Of a stretch of DNA of 64,000 nucleotides, positions 1-13,500 are shown one piece after another; position 1 is the stretch's first letter, and every line of letters begins with the position of its first letter. The position numbers were made by a program, and so were the translations under genes. The notes beneath the pieces were generated by a model, which saw only the letters and a list, made by a program, of their open reading frames with translations, ran no database searches and was not told where the DNA came from. Source of the DNA: Heterodontus francisci (taxonomy: Eukaryota); NCBI RefSeq assembly GCF_036365525.1, contig NC_090380.1, positions 17,608,001-17,672,000 on the forward strand, read 5' to 3'.

Positions 1-1036
1 CAGCCGCAAACCTGTCAGTGAGTCTCTGTAGACACTCTTCCGTGTGGGATGTTAATGCAGCATCGTCAGCAAAGAGGAGTTCCCTGATAAGGACTTTCCG
101 TACTTTGGTCTTCGACGGGCAAGGTTGAACAATCTGCCATCTGATCATGTGTGGAGGAAAATTCCTTCTTCTGAAGACTTAAATGCGTGACAGAGCAGCA
201 GGGAGAAGATGATCCCAAACAGTGTAGGTGTGACAACACAGCACTGTTGCAGGATGGGAAAGGGGTCTGATGAGGCATCGTTATGCTGAATTGTGCCTTT
301 CATATGGTCATGAAATGAGGTGTTGATACTTAATAGCTTTGGTGGACATCGGATCTTTGCTAGTAGTCTGAAGAGACCACGTCTGCTGACGAGGTCAAAG
401 GCTTTGGTGAGATCTATGAAGGCAACGTAGAGGGGCATCTGTTGTTCGCGGCATTTCTCCTGTAGCTGGCGAAGGGAGAACAGCATGTCAATGGTGGAAC
501 AAAAACAAGAAATGTTGGAATCACTCAGCAGGTCTGGCAGCATCTGTGGAAAGAGAAGCAGAGTTAACGTTTCGGGTCAGTGACCCTTCTTCCGAAGGGT
601 TAACTCTGCTTCTCTTTCCACAGATGCTGCCAGACCTGCTGAGTGATTCCAGCATTTCTTGTTTTTGTTTCAGATTTCCAGCATCCGCAGTATTTTGCTT
701 TTATGTCAATGGTGGATCTCTGCTCGAAAGCTGCACTGTGCCTCAGGGTAGACACGCTCAGCCAGCTTCTGGAGCCTGTTTAAAATGACTCGAGCAAAGG
801 CTTTCCCCACTGTGCTGAGCAGGGAGATTCCATGGTAGTTGTTGCAGTCACCGCGGTCACCCTTGTTTTTATAGAGGGTGATGACATTGGCATCGCGCAT
901 GTCCTGTGGTACTGCTCCCTCATCTCAGCACAGGCAAAGCAGTTCATGGAGTTCTGAGAGTATAGCAGGCTTGGCACTTGATTATTTCAGCAGTAATGCC
1001 GTCCTTTCCAGGGGCTTTTCTGCTGGCTAGAGAATC
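1..1036 (-). mobile_element. RTE-clade LINE reverse transcriptase fragment, interrupted at 499-702
   Basis: ORF pieces MRDANVITLYKNKGDRGDCNNYHGISLLS and LRQLQEKCREQQMPLYVAFIDLTKAFDLV are RTE-type RT motifs. Confidence 0.85.
499..702. mobile_element. Inverted (fold-back) pair of Penelope terminal repeats with 14-bp TSD ATGTCAATGGTGGA
   Basis: TSD at 485-498 and 703-716; ~70-bp inverted arms (499-568 and 599-669) match the terminal repeats of the Penelope copies at 14126 and 50712. Confidence 0.8.
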
Positions 1037-1366
1037 GATGGCATTATTGAGCTCCGAAAGGAAAAGGTCAGAATACTGTAAGTTTTATTAACCACTCTCT
1101 CAACCTGTCTTGCCACCTTCTATAACTTATGCACATATACACCCAGGTCCCTCTGTTCCTACATTTCTTTTAAAATTGTACCCTTTATTTTATATTCTAT
1201 TTCCATCCGGAAACACCTTCAAAACCCCAACTACTTGACTACAACCAAACAGAGAAAACAGACAGCTTAGAAAGGATATTATTAAAGCTTCTGCTAGAAT
1301 CCAGTGCACTGCGGACAAAGTTAAATGAAAACCACACAGTTTTGTAACAGTATAAGATTGATCTAC

Positions 1367-1527
1367 CTCCATCATTTCCAGTTTGTCAGGGTATGCCAGG
1401 TCACCGGGTGCAGGTTTATAGCCGACAATATCAGTCTGAATATAGATGTGAGTCCTATATACTAGACGCTCTTGTACATCTTCCAGCATCTGCTTTGCCA
1501 CTGCAGAAAAGGCACCCAGCTGCTCCA
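1367..1527 (-). CDS. COG3: COG3 exon 13 ([53 protein letters not shown])
   Basis: ctcag|TG acceptor, GAG|gtagat donor, 161 nt. Confidence 0.96.
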
Positions 1528-4500
1528 CTGAGAAGGACAGGAAACAGGGGTGTTAGTATTCTGGAATGGACCCCTGGATTAACTAAATAAAATTACAAAT
1601 AGTCCTTTGGTAGTACAGAACTAAAGTACTGCTGAAAATAGAGACATTTTGTTGAATACCAATGTAACGGAAGCAACAAACGCACACTGTATGCGGAGTG
1701 TGCTGATTGGTTGGCAAGTGGACTCTGATTGGTAAAGGCATTGCCATGTAGAATGCACCAGTTTATGGTGACTGACAGTTAACTGCCAAATTTCATACAA
1801 AGCTTGGCAGTTAACTGTCAGTCACCATAAACTGATGCATTCTCCAAAGCAATTCCTCTACCAGAGTCCACTTGCCAACCAATCAGCACTCTCTTCTCAT
1901 ACAATATAAAGTTGTTGCTTCCCTTATATTGGTATTCTTGTGAATTGTCCTGATGAGTACAAGACATAAAGCTTCGACAAAATGTCTATTTTCAGCAATA
2001 CTAAAATAAACTGAATGCAAAAAGGACGAAAGTTATGAAGATTGGAAGAAATAATGGTGAGAAAGCAGTGGTCATGAAAAACAGTCAAGAGCTGGAACAG
2101 GTATCACAATTTAAGTACCTGGGAAGCATCTTTTCAAAAGATGGCTATTGCCATAAAGAAATCAGAGCTAGAACGGCAACGGCAAAGAACGCATTCACCA
2201 AACATAAGAAATTGCTCAGCATAAGAATGAGTAGAGATCTTAAGAAAAGAATGATCAAGACTGTGATTTGGAGTGTCTTGTCATACGGAACTGAAACATG
2301 GGCCTCGAGAAAAGCGAATATCCAAAGACTATAAATTTGTGAAATGTGGTTCTGGAGAATGATGGAGTAAGTCACTTGGAGAGAACACAAGAGCAATGAG
2401 AAAGTTCTCAGGATGATGAAGCAGGATAGATCGTTAGTGAATATGATCAAGAAAAGGCAGCAAGGTTGGATTGGCCATACTCTAAGGCATGAGAACTTGA
2501 AGGAGGTGACTGAATGAAGATTAGAATGATGTAAACCAACAGGGAGAAAGAAAATGATGACGTTAGCCAACTTGAAACTGAAAATGAAATTCTCTCACAA
2601 GGAGCTGAAGAGGAAAGTACAAGACCGTAACGCGTGGAGAAATGAGCAGAGGACTTTCTCTTAGGCAGGTCACTATAACTGTAACATTATAATCAATTAT
2701 GCTTTGCTTACATGACTGCTAGACATGGGTCTGGTCTCTGGTACACGGTAGAGTTACTGGAGATCTCCAGCTCACTCTGTATTCCCCACCTACCATTGTG
2801 CTGCACATGGTCTTCCAGCATCTCATTTTTCAGAATGCCACACAGCTCCGACAATGTCTCCAGATGGTTGACATGGATGATGAGCGGTCGAAACACATCG
2901 TACCACGAGAGGCACAGTTTCTCCAACAGCTCACTACAAAAGTGAAAAGGGCCAGGACTGGTGTTACAAAATCATTCTCCAGTTTCTTTTAAAAATAAAA
3001 GTGCAAGAATTCAAACACACTTAATGGCTGCTTGAGTTTACTCAGCAAGGATCTTAGCCATATGGATTGAGTTTACCCAGTGAAAATCTGAGCTGCACAA
3101 ACTGAGTTTACTCAGTGAGGAGCTGAATATTATGGACTGAGTTTACACAGCGAGGAGCTGCATCGTATGGATTGAGTTTACCCAATGAGGAGTTGGATTG
3201 TATGTGCTGAGTTCACCCAGTGAGGAGTTGGATTGTATGGACTGAGTTGACCCAGTGAGGAGTTGGATTGTATGGGCTGAGTTGACCCAGCGAGGAGTTG
3301 GATTGTATGGGCTGAGTTTACCCAGTGAGGAGTTGGATTGTATGGACTGAGTTTACCCAGCGAGGAGTTGGATTGTATGGACTGAGTTGACCCAGTGAGG
3401 AGTTGGATTGTATGGACTGAGTTGACCCAGCGAGGAGTTGGATTGTATGGACTGAGTTTACCCAGTGAGGAGTTGGATTGTATGGACTGAGTTGACCCAG
3501 CGAGGAGTTGGATTGTATGGACTGAGTTGACCCAGTGAGGAGTTGGATTGTATGGACTGAGTTGACCCAGCGAGGAGTTGGATTGTATGGACTGAGTTTA
3601 CCCAGTGAGGAGTTGGATTGTATGGACTGAGTTGACCCAGCGAGGAGTTGGATTGTATGGGCTGAGTTGACCCAGCGAGGAGTTGGATTGTATGGGCTGA
3701 GTTGACCCAGCGAGGAGTTGGATTGTATGGGCTGAGTTTACCCAGCGAGGAGTTGGATTGTAGACTGAGTTGACCCAGCGAGGAGTTGGATTGTATGGGC
3801 TGAGTTTACCCAGTGAGGAGTTGGATTGTATGGACTGAGTTGACCCAGCGAGGAGTTGGATTGTATGGACTGAGTTGACCCAGCGAGGAGTTGGATTGTA
3901 TGGACTGAGTTGACCCAGCGAGGAGTTGGATTGTATGGACTGAGTTTACCCAGTGAGGAGCTGAATCGTATGGGCTGAGTTTACCCAGTGAGGAGTTGGA
4001 TTGTATGGACTGAGTTTACCCAGCGAGGAGTTGGATTGTATGGGCTGAGTTTACCCAGTGAGGAGTTGGATTGTATGGACTGAGTTTACCAAGTGAAGAG
4101 TTGGATTGTATGGACTGAGTTTACCCAGTGAGGAGTTGGATTGTATGGACTGAGTTTACCCAGCGAGGAGTTGGATTGTATGGACTGAGTTTACCCAGTG
4201 AGGAGCTGAATCGTATGGGCTGAGTTTACCCAGTGAGGAGTTGGATTGTATGGACTGAGTTTACCCAGCGAGGAGTTGGATTGTATGGACTGAGTTTACC
4301 CAGTGAGGAGCTGAATCGTATGGGCTGAGTTTACCCAGTGAGGAGTTGGATTGTATGGACTGAGTTTACCCAGCGAGGAGTTGGATTGTATGGACTGAGT
4401 TGACCCAGTGAGGAGTTGGATTGTATGGACTGAGTTGACCCAGCGAGGAGTTGGATTGTATGGACTGAGTTGACCCAGTGAGGAGTTGGATTGTATGGAC

Positions 4501-7500
4501 TGAGTTGACCCAGCGAGGAGTTGGATTGTATGGACTGAGTTTACCCAGTGAGGAGTTGGATTGTATGGACTGAGTTGACCCAGCGAGGAGTTGGATTGTA
4601 TGGACTGAGTTGACCCAGTGAGGAGTTGGATTGTATGGACTGAGTTGACCCAGCGAGGAGTTGGATTGTATGGACTGAGTTGACCCAGTGAGGAGTTGGA
4701 TTGTATGGACTGAGTTTACCCAGCGAGGACTTAGATTGTATGGACTGAGTTTACCCAGCGAGGTGTTGAGCCATATGGACCAGTAGTAGCCTGGGTACCT
4801 TGCTGCAAAAAGCTCCATGTCAGAGTGAACCTCAGCACTGCCTATTTTTGGAGGAAATTAAAATAACTGGGGAAAGAGCTTGAGGGAGGATGTGCTGATA
4901 TTTTTTAATGGTGATCTGAAAGGGTGGTGAAAGCAAATTCAATAGTACCATTCAAAAGAATACCTGAAGGGGACAAAATTGCAGGGATACGGGAAAGAGC
5001 AGGGGAGGGGGACTCATGCGACAGCCTTTTCAAAGAACCACCACATGCACGATGAGCTGAATGTCCTCCTTCTGTGCTGTTAGAATCTATGAGATTAAAC
5101 TGTGTCCCCACTCACCAACTCTTACTATCCAACAACCCTTGCCACAAATAAGTGTGTGTGGAGATGCTAGGTGAGGGCACAAACGACCCCCATCTGTAAT
5201 ACCTCTGCTGTAGTCACATTAAACTCCCATAAGCATTGGGAGGCTGAGACAATTCACCTGATCACTGTGTAACAACTTGGCAGTGTGAAAACAGGCTTGA
5301 AGATTTCAGCTCAATTAAGAATACTTCACCAATGTTTAATTCAGATTACATTATTACCTACAAGACAAGCCCCAGCTGGACCCCTCCTTTTGATATGCGA
5401 CTTTTTAAAAAGAACAGGTTCAATGAAGCACCAGTCAAGTTTCCACTTAGCAAGTGCTTATTGCAAATATTAGCAGTTAGCAAATCACTACGATAACAGC
5501 ATTTTAACGAGGGGTAAACAGCCGATTCAAGCTGCTTTAAGACCTGACATGTCAAAAATCAGCAGAACTTTTTATAATCAGTAAATAAAATACAGGGGAT
5601 TACAAAAGTGCAAAGAACTGCCCAAAACAGTCAGCGCACTTTTAACACATTACAATGTTATTGTAATTGACTTCAAATAGTTACTGCTATTTTTCCATTA
5701 TAGGCAGCTGCCCATGATAAGTGTAGATGGTGTAATTGGCAGGGGCTGTACTATGAACTATGCAGCAATTATAATGTTGATCGTACATTGCAGGGAATGC
5801 AATACTTCATATTGTTACACATCCCAATACAGCACTTAATAAAGCAGAATAAAAGAAAAATACTGCAGAAGCTAGAAATCGGAAATAAAAACAAAGTGCT
5901 GGAAATACTTCAGCAGGTTTGCAGTATCTGTGGAGAGGGAAACAGAGTTAATGTTTCAGGTCTGAATGTTTCCAGAACTTGGTTATTATTACTTAATAAA
6001 CCGATCTTACTTCAGATTCCAACCCATTTTGAGTCACCCTCATTGAGTAGTGCAATGCTTTTTCTTTATTCATAATTTAAGTAAAATTTATGTACATGGG
6101 TTTCTGTTCCACACGCTACATGCCTATTTTGTAGCAACTTAAAGCAAGTCATGATTGAATCTTCTTTCACTGATTAGACCTGCCTGAGGTTCAGATGTCA
6201 GAACGTAAGAAATAAGAGCAGGCATAGGCCATATGGCCCTTCAAGCCTGCTCTGCCATTCAGCTTCTACTAAGCTTTAATTAGTATTTTTCCAGTGAATC
6301 TTTGGCCATAGGCTGTTTTCTCCACATGTCACTGTATCATATCAGAAATACTTTTGGAAAGGGCTTAGCTTCACTTTTTGAATTGTTGGTGCAAATTCAA
6401 TCATGGAAAGTCCATCGCTGCATAATATTTTCAGTTTACAAATGGGAGTAAAGTGCCTTCCAATGCCCCTTTAACTCTGAGCATTTCCATCACCCGCAGC
6501 ACGGATGACAGTGCCAGTTCTGATAGAAGGTACTGAAACTGTGGCAGCTTCAAAAGGTGCCTCAGGTGGTGAAGGACAGCTGGTTGGCAACGTTAAGTGA
6601 CCACCAACCCTGTCACTCACATGGAGTCGATCACTTTGCTTGATGGACTTCAGGGGGCAGGCCATCCATGGCCAGAATCAGTGTGCCCATGGCCCCCTGG
6701 CCCTCCCCATATATACAGGGCAGTTCTCGCATCATGGGAACTGACAGGAGGACGGAAAGCAGCTTGTTAATACAAAAGGAACATAAGGGACCACCATAAT
6801 ACAGCCAGTCAATTGATTCATTAAAATTATTCAGCATGAATATGAGAACTTGAATGCTCTGATTTAATGACCAAGGAAGGATGGAGACCGTAAACTCCGA
6901 ATAATAACTTACTCTAGTTTGGAAGTTGGTTTTGTAAAAAATTCATTGTATAGCCGATGTTCGTCCTGGCACACGTGAACCAAAAAAGCACAACCACTGC
7001 GAACCTAGAGGAAAATGCAAAGTCATTGCTCAGAATACCACAAAACTGAAATTTAATTTAAAATCAAATTAAATATGGTAAACAAATAGAAATTCCAAGA
7101 ATTTTTTGATTACTCCTCTGTCAAGTGTTTTGGGATCTTTTTCTACGTTTTAGGTGCTATATAAAGTGAGCTGTTGCAGTCCCATGTAACTACGGTATTA
7201 AAAATATAAAACTTATCTAACAGGAGACTTTTGAGTCTAACCAGTTTTTTTGGGGGGCACAAAAATGTTTTTATTCGAAAGGGGGATGTGGACGTTGCTG
7301 GCAAGGCCAGCATTTATTGTCCATCCCTAATTGCCCTCGAGATGGTGGTGGTGAACTGCCTTCTTGAACCGCTGCAGTCCTTGGGGTGTTGGTACACCCA
7401 CAGTGCTGTTAGGAAGGAAGTTCCAGGATTTTGACCCAGCGACAGTGAAAGAACAGTGATATCGTTCCAAGTCAGGATGGAGTGTAGCTTGGAGGGGAAC

Positions 7501-10500
7501 TTGCAGGTGGTGATGTTCCCATGCGCCTGCTGCCCTCGTCCTTCCCACCAAGAGGTCGCGGGTTTGGAAGGTGATGTCAAAGGAGTCTTGGTGAGTTGCT
7601 GCAGTGCTTCTTGTAGATGGTACACACTGCTGCCACTGTACCTCGGCGCTGAAAGGAGTGAATGTTGAAGGTGGTGGATGTGATGCTAATCAAGCGGGCT
7701 GCTTTGTCCTGGATGGTGTCGAGCTTCTTGAGCGTTGTTGGAGCTGCACCCATCCAGGCAAGTGGAGAGTATTCCCTCACACTCCTGACTTGTGCCTTGT
7801 AGATGGTGGACAGGCATTGGGAGTCAGGTGGCGAGTTACTCGCTGCAGAATTTCCAGCCTCTGACCTGCTCTTGTAGCCACAGCATTTATGTGGCTGGTC
7901 CAGTTCAGTTTCTGGTCAATGGTAACCCCCAGGATGTTAACAGTGGGGGATTCAGTGATGGTAATGGCATTGAACGCCATGGGGACATGGTTAGATTCTC
8001 TCTTGTTTGAGATGGTCACTGCCTGGCACTTATGTGGCGCGAATATTACTTGTCACTTATCAGCCCAAGCCTGGATATTGTCCAGGTCTTGCTGCATCTG
8101 GACATGGGCTGCTTCAGTATCTGAGGAGTCGCGAATGGTGTTGAACATTGTACAGTCATCAGCAAACATCCTCACTTCTGACCTTATGATGGAGGGAAGG
8201 TCATTGATGAAGCAGCTGAAGATGGTTGGGCCTAGGACACTACCCTGAGGAACTCCTGCAGTGATGTCCTGGAACTAAGATGATTGATTTTGTGGTTGAC
8301 AACCCCAACCATCTTCCTTTGTGCTAGGTATAACTCCAACCAGTGGAGAGTTTTCCCTCTGATTCCCATTGACTCCAGTTTTGTGAGGACTCCTTGATGC
8401 CATACTCGGTCAAATGCTGCCTTGATATCAAGGGCAGTCACTCTCACCACACCTCGGGAGTTCAGCTCTTTTGTCCATGTTTGGACCAAGGCCACAATGA
8501 GGTCAGGATCTGGGTCACCCTGGTGGAACCCAAACTGAGCATCAGTAAGCAGGTTATTGCTGAGCAAGTGCTGCTTGATAGCACTGTTGACGACCCCTTC
8601 CATCACTTTTCTGGCGATCGGGAGTGGACTGATAGGGCAGTAATTGGCCGGGTCGGATTTGTCCTGCTTTTTGCGCACAGGATACACCTGGGCAATTTTC
8701 CACATTGCCGGGTAGATGCAGCGATGTAGCTGTATTGGAACAGTAACTAAATGCAATCAGATTGGATCAACAGATACCTTCCTTTAAAAAAAATTTCATC
8801 AGTGGTTCCGTTTTTTAAAAATCTAGTCTCCAGAAGGAACACCAATCAAGAGACTTCTGAGCCAGTTAGCACCATCAATTTGCTTGAAAATACCGCCTAC
8901 TTCAGAAACATAGACTATTACAGTGCAGCAGTGTTCTTTCACTTAAAGAAAGCTCAACACCAAAGATTTGTAAGACTGAATACAGGATTTATTTCAAACA
9001 AACCAGCAATTAAAATTTGAGCCAAGCCATTTAGGAGGGAAATCGGGAAGCATTTTTCCTACAATGGGTAGTGGAAATCTGGAACATTGTCCCCAGAAGG
9101 CTAGGTCAATTGAAATTTTCAAGACTGATTGCAATAGATTTTTATTAGGTAAGAGTATTAAGGGACGCAGATTAAAGGTAAATAAATGGAGTTGAGGTAC
9201 AGATCGGCCGTGATCTGACTGAACAGTGCAACAGAAGCGAAGGATGAATGGCCTATTCCTGATCCTATGTAATATATATTTGGCAAGTTAAGGAAACAAT
9301 AAGAACTATATGGTGCCTTTAACATAGAAAAACATCCCATTGTGCTTGGCAGAAGCATAATCACACAAGAGTCTTAGCGAGATATTAGCAAGGATAACTA
9401 AAAGCTTTGTCAAACAGGTAGGTTTTAAGTGAGGTCTTAAAAGAGGAGAAAGAAAGAGAGAGGTAGAGAGATTTAGGGAGAGAGGTAAAGAGATTTAGGG
9501 AGAGATTTTCAACAGTGAGTGCCAAGACAGCTGAAGGCACGGCCATCAATAGTGGTATAAAAGGAGTGGGGGGAATATGCAAGAGGCCAGAGTTGGAGGA
9601 ACACAGAATTCTTGGAGGGTTATAAGGCTGGAAGTGACAGATGGGGGAGAAAAGCCATAAAGGGACTTTAATAGATATAAACTTGAGGGGTTTGGTGATC
9701 AGGGCCCGTTGTAGGTCAGCGAGTAGAGGGGTGACAGTTGCAAGATAGGATACAAGCTACCGAATTTTGGATGAGTTGAATTTTATGGAGGGTGCAGGAT
9801 GGAAGCCAATGAAAGGAGCTTTGGAATAGTCAAGCCTGGAGGTGACAAATGCATGCCTGAGGATTTCAGCAGCAGATGGGCGGAGACAGACAACGTTACA
9901 GAAGTGGAAATAGGCATTCTTTGTGATTTAGAGGATATGAGGTCAGATGCTCAGCTCAGGATCAAACAGGATGTTGAGGTGGCCAACAGTCTGTGGACAG
10001 GCTGTGGAGATTGGAGGGGGCTGAAGACGATGACTTTGGACTTCCCAATGTTTAACTGTAGGAAAATACAGCTCATCCAGGATTGGATGTCAGACAAGCA
10101 GTCTGACCACATGGAGGGGTTGAGAAAGGCAGTGGAGAAGTAGAACCAGGCATCATCAGTATACATGTGGAACATGTCTTAAGATGGCATTGCCAAGGGT
10201 TAGCATAGAGATTAGGAGGAGGAGGGACCAAGGATAGGTCCTCGAGGGACTTTAGAGGTAATAGCATGTGGATGGGAAAAGAAGCCATTGCTGCAAAATG
10301 CTCTGGCTACGATTTGATAGGCAAGAATGGTACCAAGCGAAGGCACTTCCACTCAGCCGAACAATGGAAGAGAGCAGTTGGAGGAGTATGGAGTGGTTGA
10401 TCATGTCAAAAGCTGCAGAGCTCAAAAGAACGGGAGGCATAGTGCACCACGGTCACAGAGGATAAGATTTATGACTTTGCTACTATTAAACTTGCAGAAT

Positions 10501-13500
10501 AATCGATGTAACTTCAAATATTATCCGAGTTTTGAAATTAAGTTAAATGTACCTAAAAATAGCCTTGAATTATCACGAGGTACAGAAAGCTTCTGAACTT
10601 CACCAAGTAACTATTAGTACTGTACACTAATATTTTGTCAATTGCAGCAATATTTAATTACATTAGTACTGCACATTACTATTCCCTCAATTGCAGCATT
10701 AAGTAATTGTATTAACATTGCACACTAATACTCCCTGAATGGCAACATTACATAACTATAGGAACTTTATTCCTTTTGCTGCTACTTGTGTTTCATTTAG
10801 TAAAAGGAAGCAGCACAAGAAGTAGGACACAGGTTTGTATCCACAGTTCCTAATGTTCTGGAAAGGTGCTGAGTAGATCAGACAGTTAGCTCTTCACAGA
10901 ACAGTGAAACATGAGGGGAAAAGTCACTCAAGGCTGGTCTTGTGCACCTCTCAGGGGTCAATTACAGAGCGATACCAAGATTTCTAACAATAGGTCACCC
11001 GGTCAACCTACTGATTGTTGAATGTTGCAAAGATTAGGAGGGGTGTGCTGAGTGTAGAGGGGAGGGAGTAGCACGTTACATTCTCAGCACGTCGCATTTC
11101 CAGTGATGGCACTTCACTACATTGTGCCACAGAGTGGCAGCACGCAGGTTTGCACATTATACTACACTTCTCCGAGAGAAACACTGGCACCAAGTAGCTG
11201 TCACAGGAAGGGAAAGCATGCAGTTAGATCATCCACCTGCCTGATAGGCTCACCTTATCTGGAACTGTGTGCATTATGAACAGGATCGAGGGCAGCTAGT
11301 GAATACACTTTTCAAAAAATCTTTGTCATCCTGCTAACAGTTCAACATTAAAAAACGCAAGTGCCTAAAGCCAGAAAGACAGTTTATAAATGACATACCA
11401 GAATGGTTCCAGGAATAGGAGATTTTAGTTACAAGGTTAGGTTGGAAAAGCTGAGATTGCTCTCCCTGGAGCAAAAGAGATTGAGGGAAGATTTGATAGC
11501 AGTGTTACAAGATTATTACAGGCTTAGATAAATTAGACAAGGAAAATTGTTCCCATTAACTGATGGTACAAGGATTAGGGGACACAGATTGAAGGTTTAG
11601 GGTAATAGATGCAGGGGGAATGTGAGGAAGAACATTTTTGCACAGCAAGTGGTAATGACCAAGAACTTGCTGGCTGGAAGGGTGGTGGAAGTGGAGACAA
11701 TCAATGATTTGAAAGGGAAATTGGATGAGCTCTTGAAGGAAATAAACTTACAGGATTACGGGGATCGAGTGGGGGGGAAAACGGGACTGACTGGATTTCT
11801 CAGTGGAGTGTCGGCATGGACTCAATGGACTAAATGGCCTCCTTCTATGCTACAAATAACTATGACATAACAGTGCTATTAATTAAAGTTTAGCAACACT
11901 GGGAAACCTATATCCATTTTCAGTATTTACATGACAATATTATCTTTCTAGATTGCCAATACTACTCAAGACTCATACCAGAGCACAATGATCCCTGTTA
12001 TTTTGGCTGGTCAGGTCAGCAATAGTGGAGGCGATACTCGGACCCAGCAGAAGCCCCCTCTGATCCAGGTAGCACTGATGGATCTCGCTCAGGAGCTGCT
12101 GATACCTAATGAAAGATTAGGCCTACTTTAAATTTACTGAAATTAAAGCCACAAACAAGCATAACTCCATAAACAAAAACTGGTGCCAGTTCAGAAGTAC
12201 ATCATTTCGATATTTTAAACAGTATTGAACAGTCCTTTTGAGGATAATAATACATATCAAAAGTTTGCCCTCTACGTAATTTGCATCACTACTTATAGAG
12301 CATATCCTATAACTGTAGGTAGCTCCATATGAAGAGATAGCCAAGAGCCAATGGACCTTTTTCACAGCAGTAACTTCTATGATTTTGCACCTGACTGGAA
12401 GTTCTATCAATTTAAAAACATCAAAACTGTGGAAACTGACTCCGTACCAGTGATTCAAGCCCTAGGGGTAGGGTGTGGGTGAAAAGACAAAGAGCACGAG
12501 ATAGACACAAAAAAAGGGAAGACAGAAGAAAGAGTGGAGAGTGGGACAAAGAGCAAAGCGGGAAGAAGATTTTACTGCAGGAGTTCCTCGGGCAGTGTCC
12601 TAGACCAAACCATCTTCAGCTGCTTTGCCAATGACCTTCCTTCTATAATGTCAGAAGTGGGGATATTTGCTGATGATTGCACAATGTTCAGTTCCATTCA
12701 TAATTCACTCAGATAACAAAGCAATCCATGTCCTCATGCAGCAAGACCCAGCAAACATTCAAGCTGACCCTGAGCCATACTGAATACGAAGGCCCCAGGT
12801 TCAACCATGCACTGCACTCCTAGCAGATGCAGTTAATGCTGCATGAAGTAACTCCTCCCTTTCTATTTGCAACTCCTCAGATAATGAAGCAGTCTGTGTC
12901 CGCATGCAGCAAGACCTGGACATCAACAACACTTGGGCTGATAAGTGCAAAGTAATATTCCTGTAACACATAGGTGGAAATGTTTCCTACATTACAACAG
13001 TGACAACATTTCAAAAAGTAACTCGTTGGCTGTAAAGCATTTTTCGATGTTGAGTTATGGAAGGAGACAAGGCTTTATTTTACTTTCACTGTGTTGTTCT
13101 TTAAGATAGCAAGGGCCTTATTTTTTACTTTTGGGAGGCGGATCAATGAGCTTCCTTTTTGCCGGGAGTATTTTATGTTATGTTTATGATAAAATCATCC
13201 TCCTACCACTAGCACAAGACAGCAACCCAATTTGGAAATGAAAGGGGTGCGATGATAGCGGCTTTGCACTTCTTGCATGCCATAATATGCTTCACAGGGA
13301 AAAGTAACAAAGGTCATTGCTAGCTGCTGATAATGGAGAACAGAAAGTTAGGGCTGTGGCTGGTAGACATGAACTGTATACTGAGGAGAACTGGGCTTTT
13401 GGATATTCTCTGGGGCTACATAATCTAAAAGGTTAATTTAACCTCAGTGGTGGGTAAAGTTTTAGAAACAATTATCAGGGGAAAAAGTCCACAGGCACTT

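Noticed and set aside
2903-2905. Trp codon in COG3 exon 12 (SWYDVF versus SLYDVF in human) as a sign of pseudogenisation
   Set aside because: Single missense change; all 13 exons and splice sites are intact.
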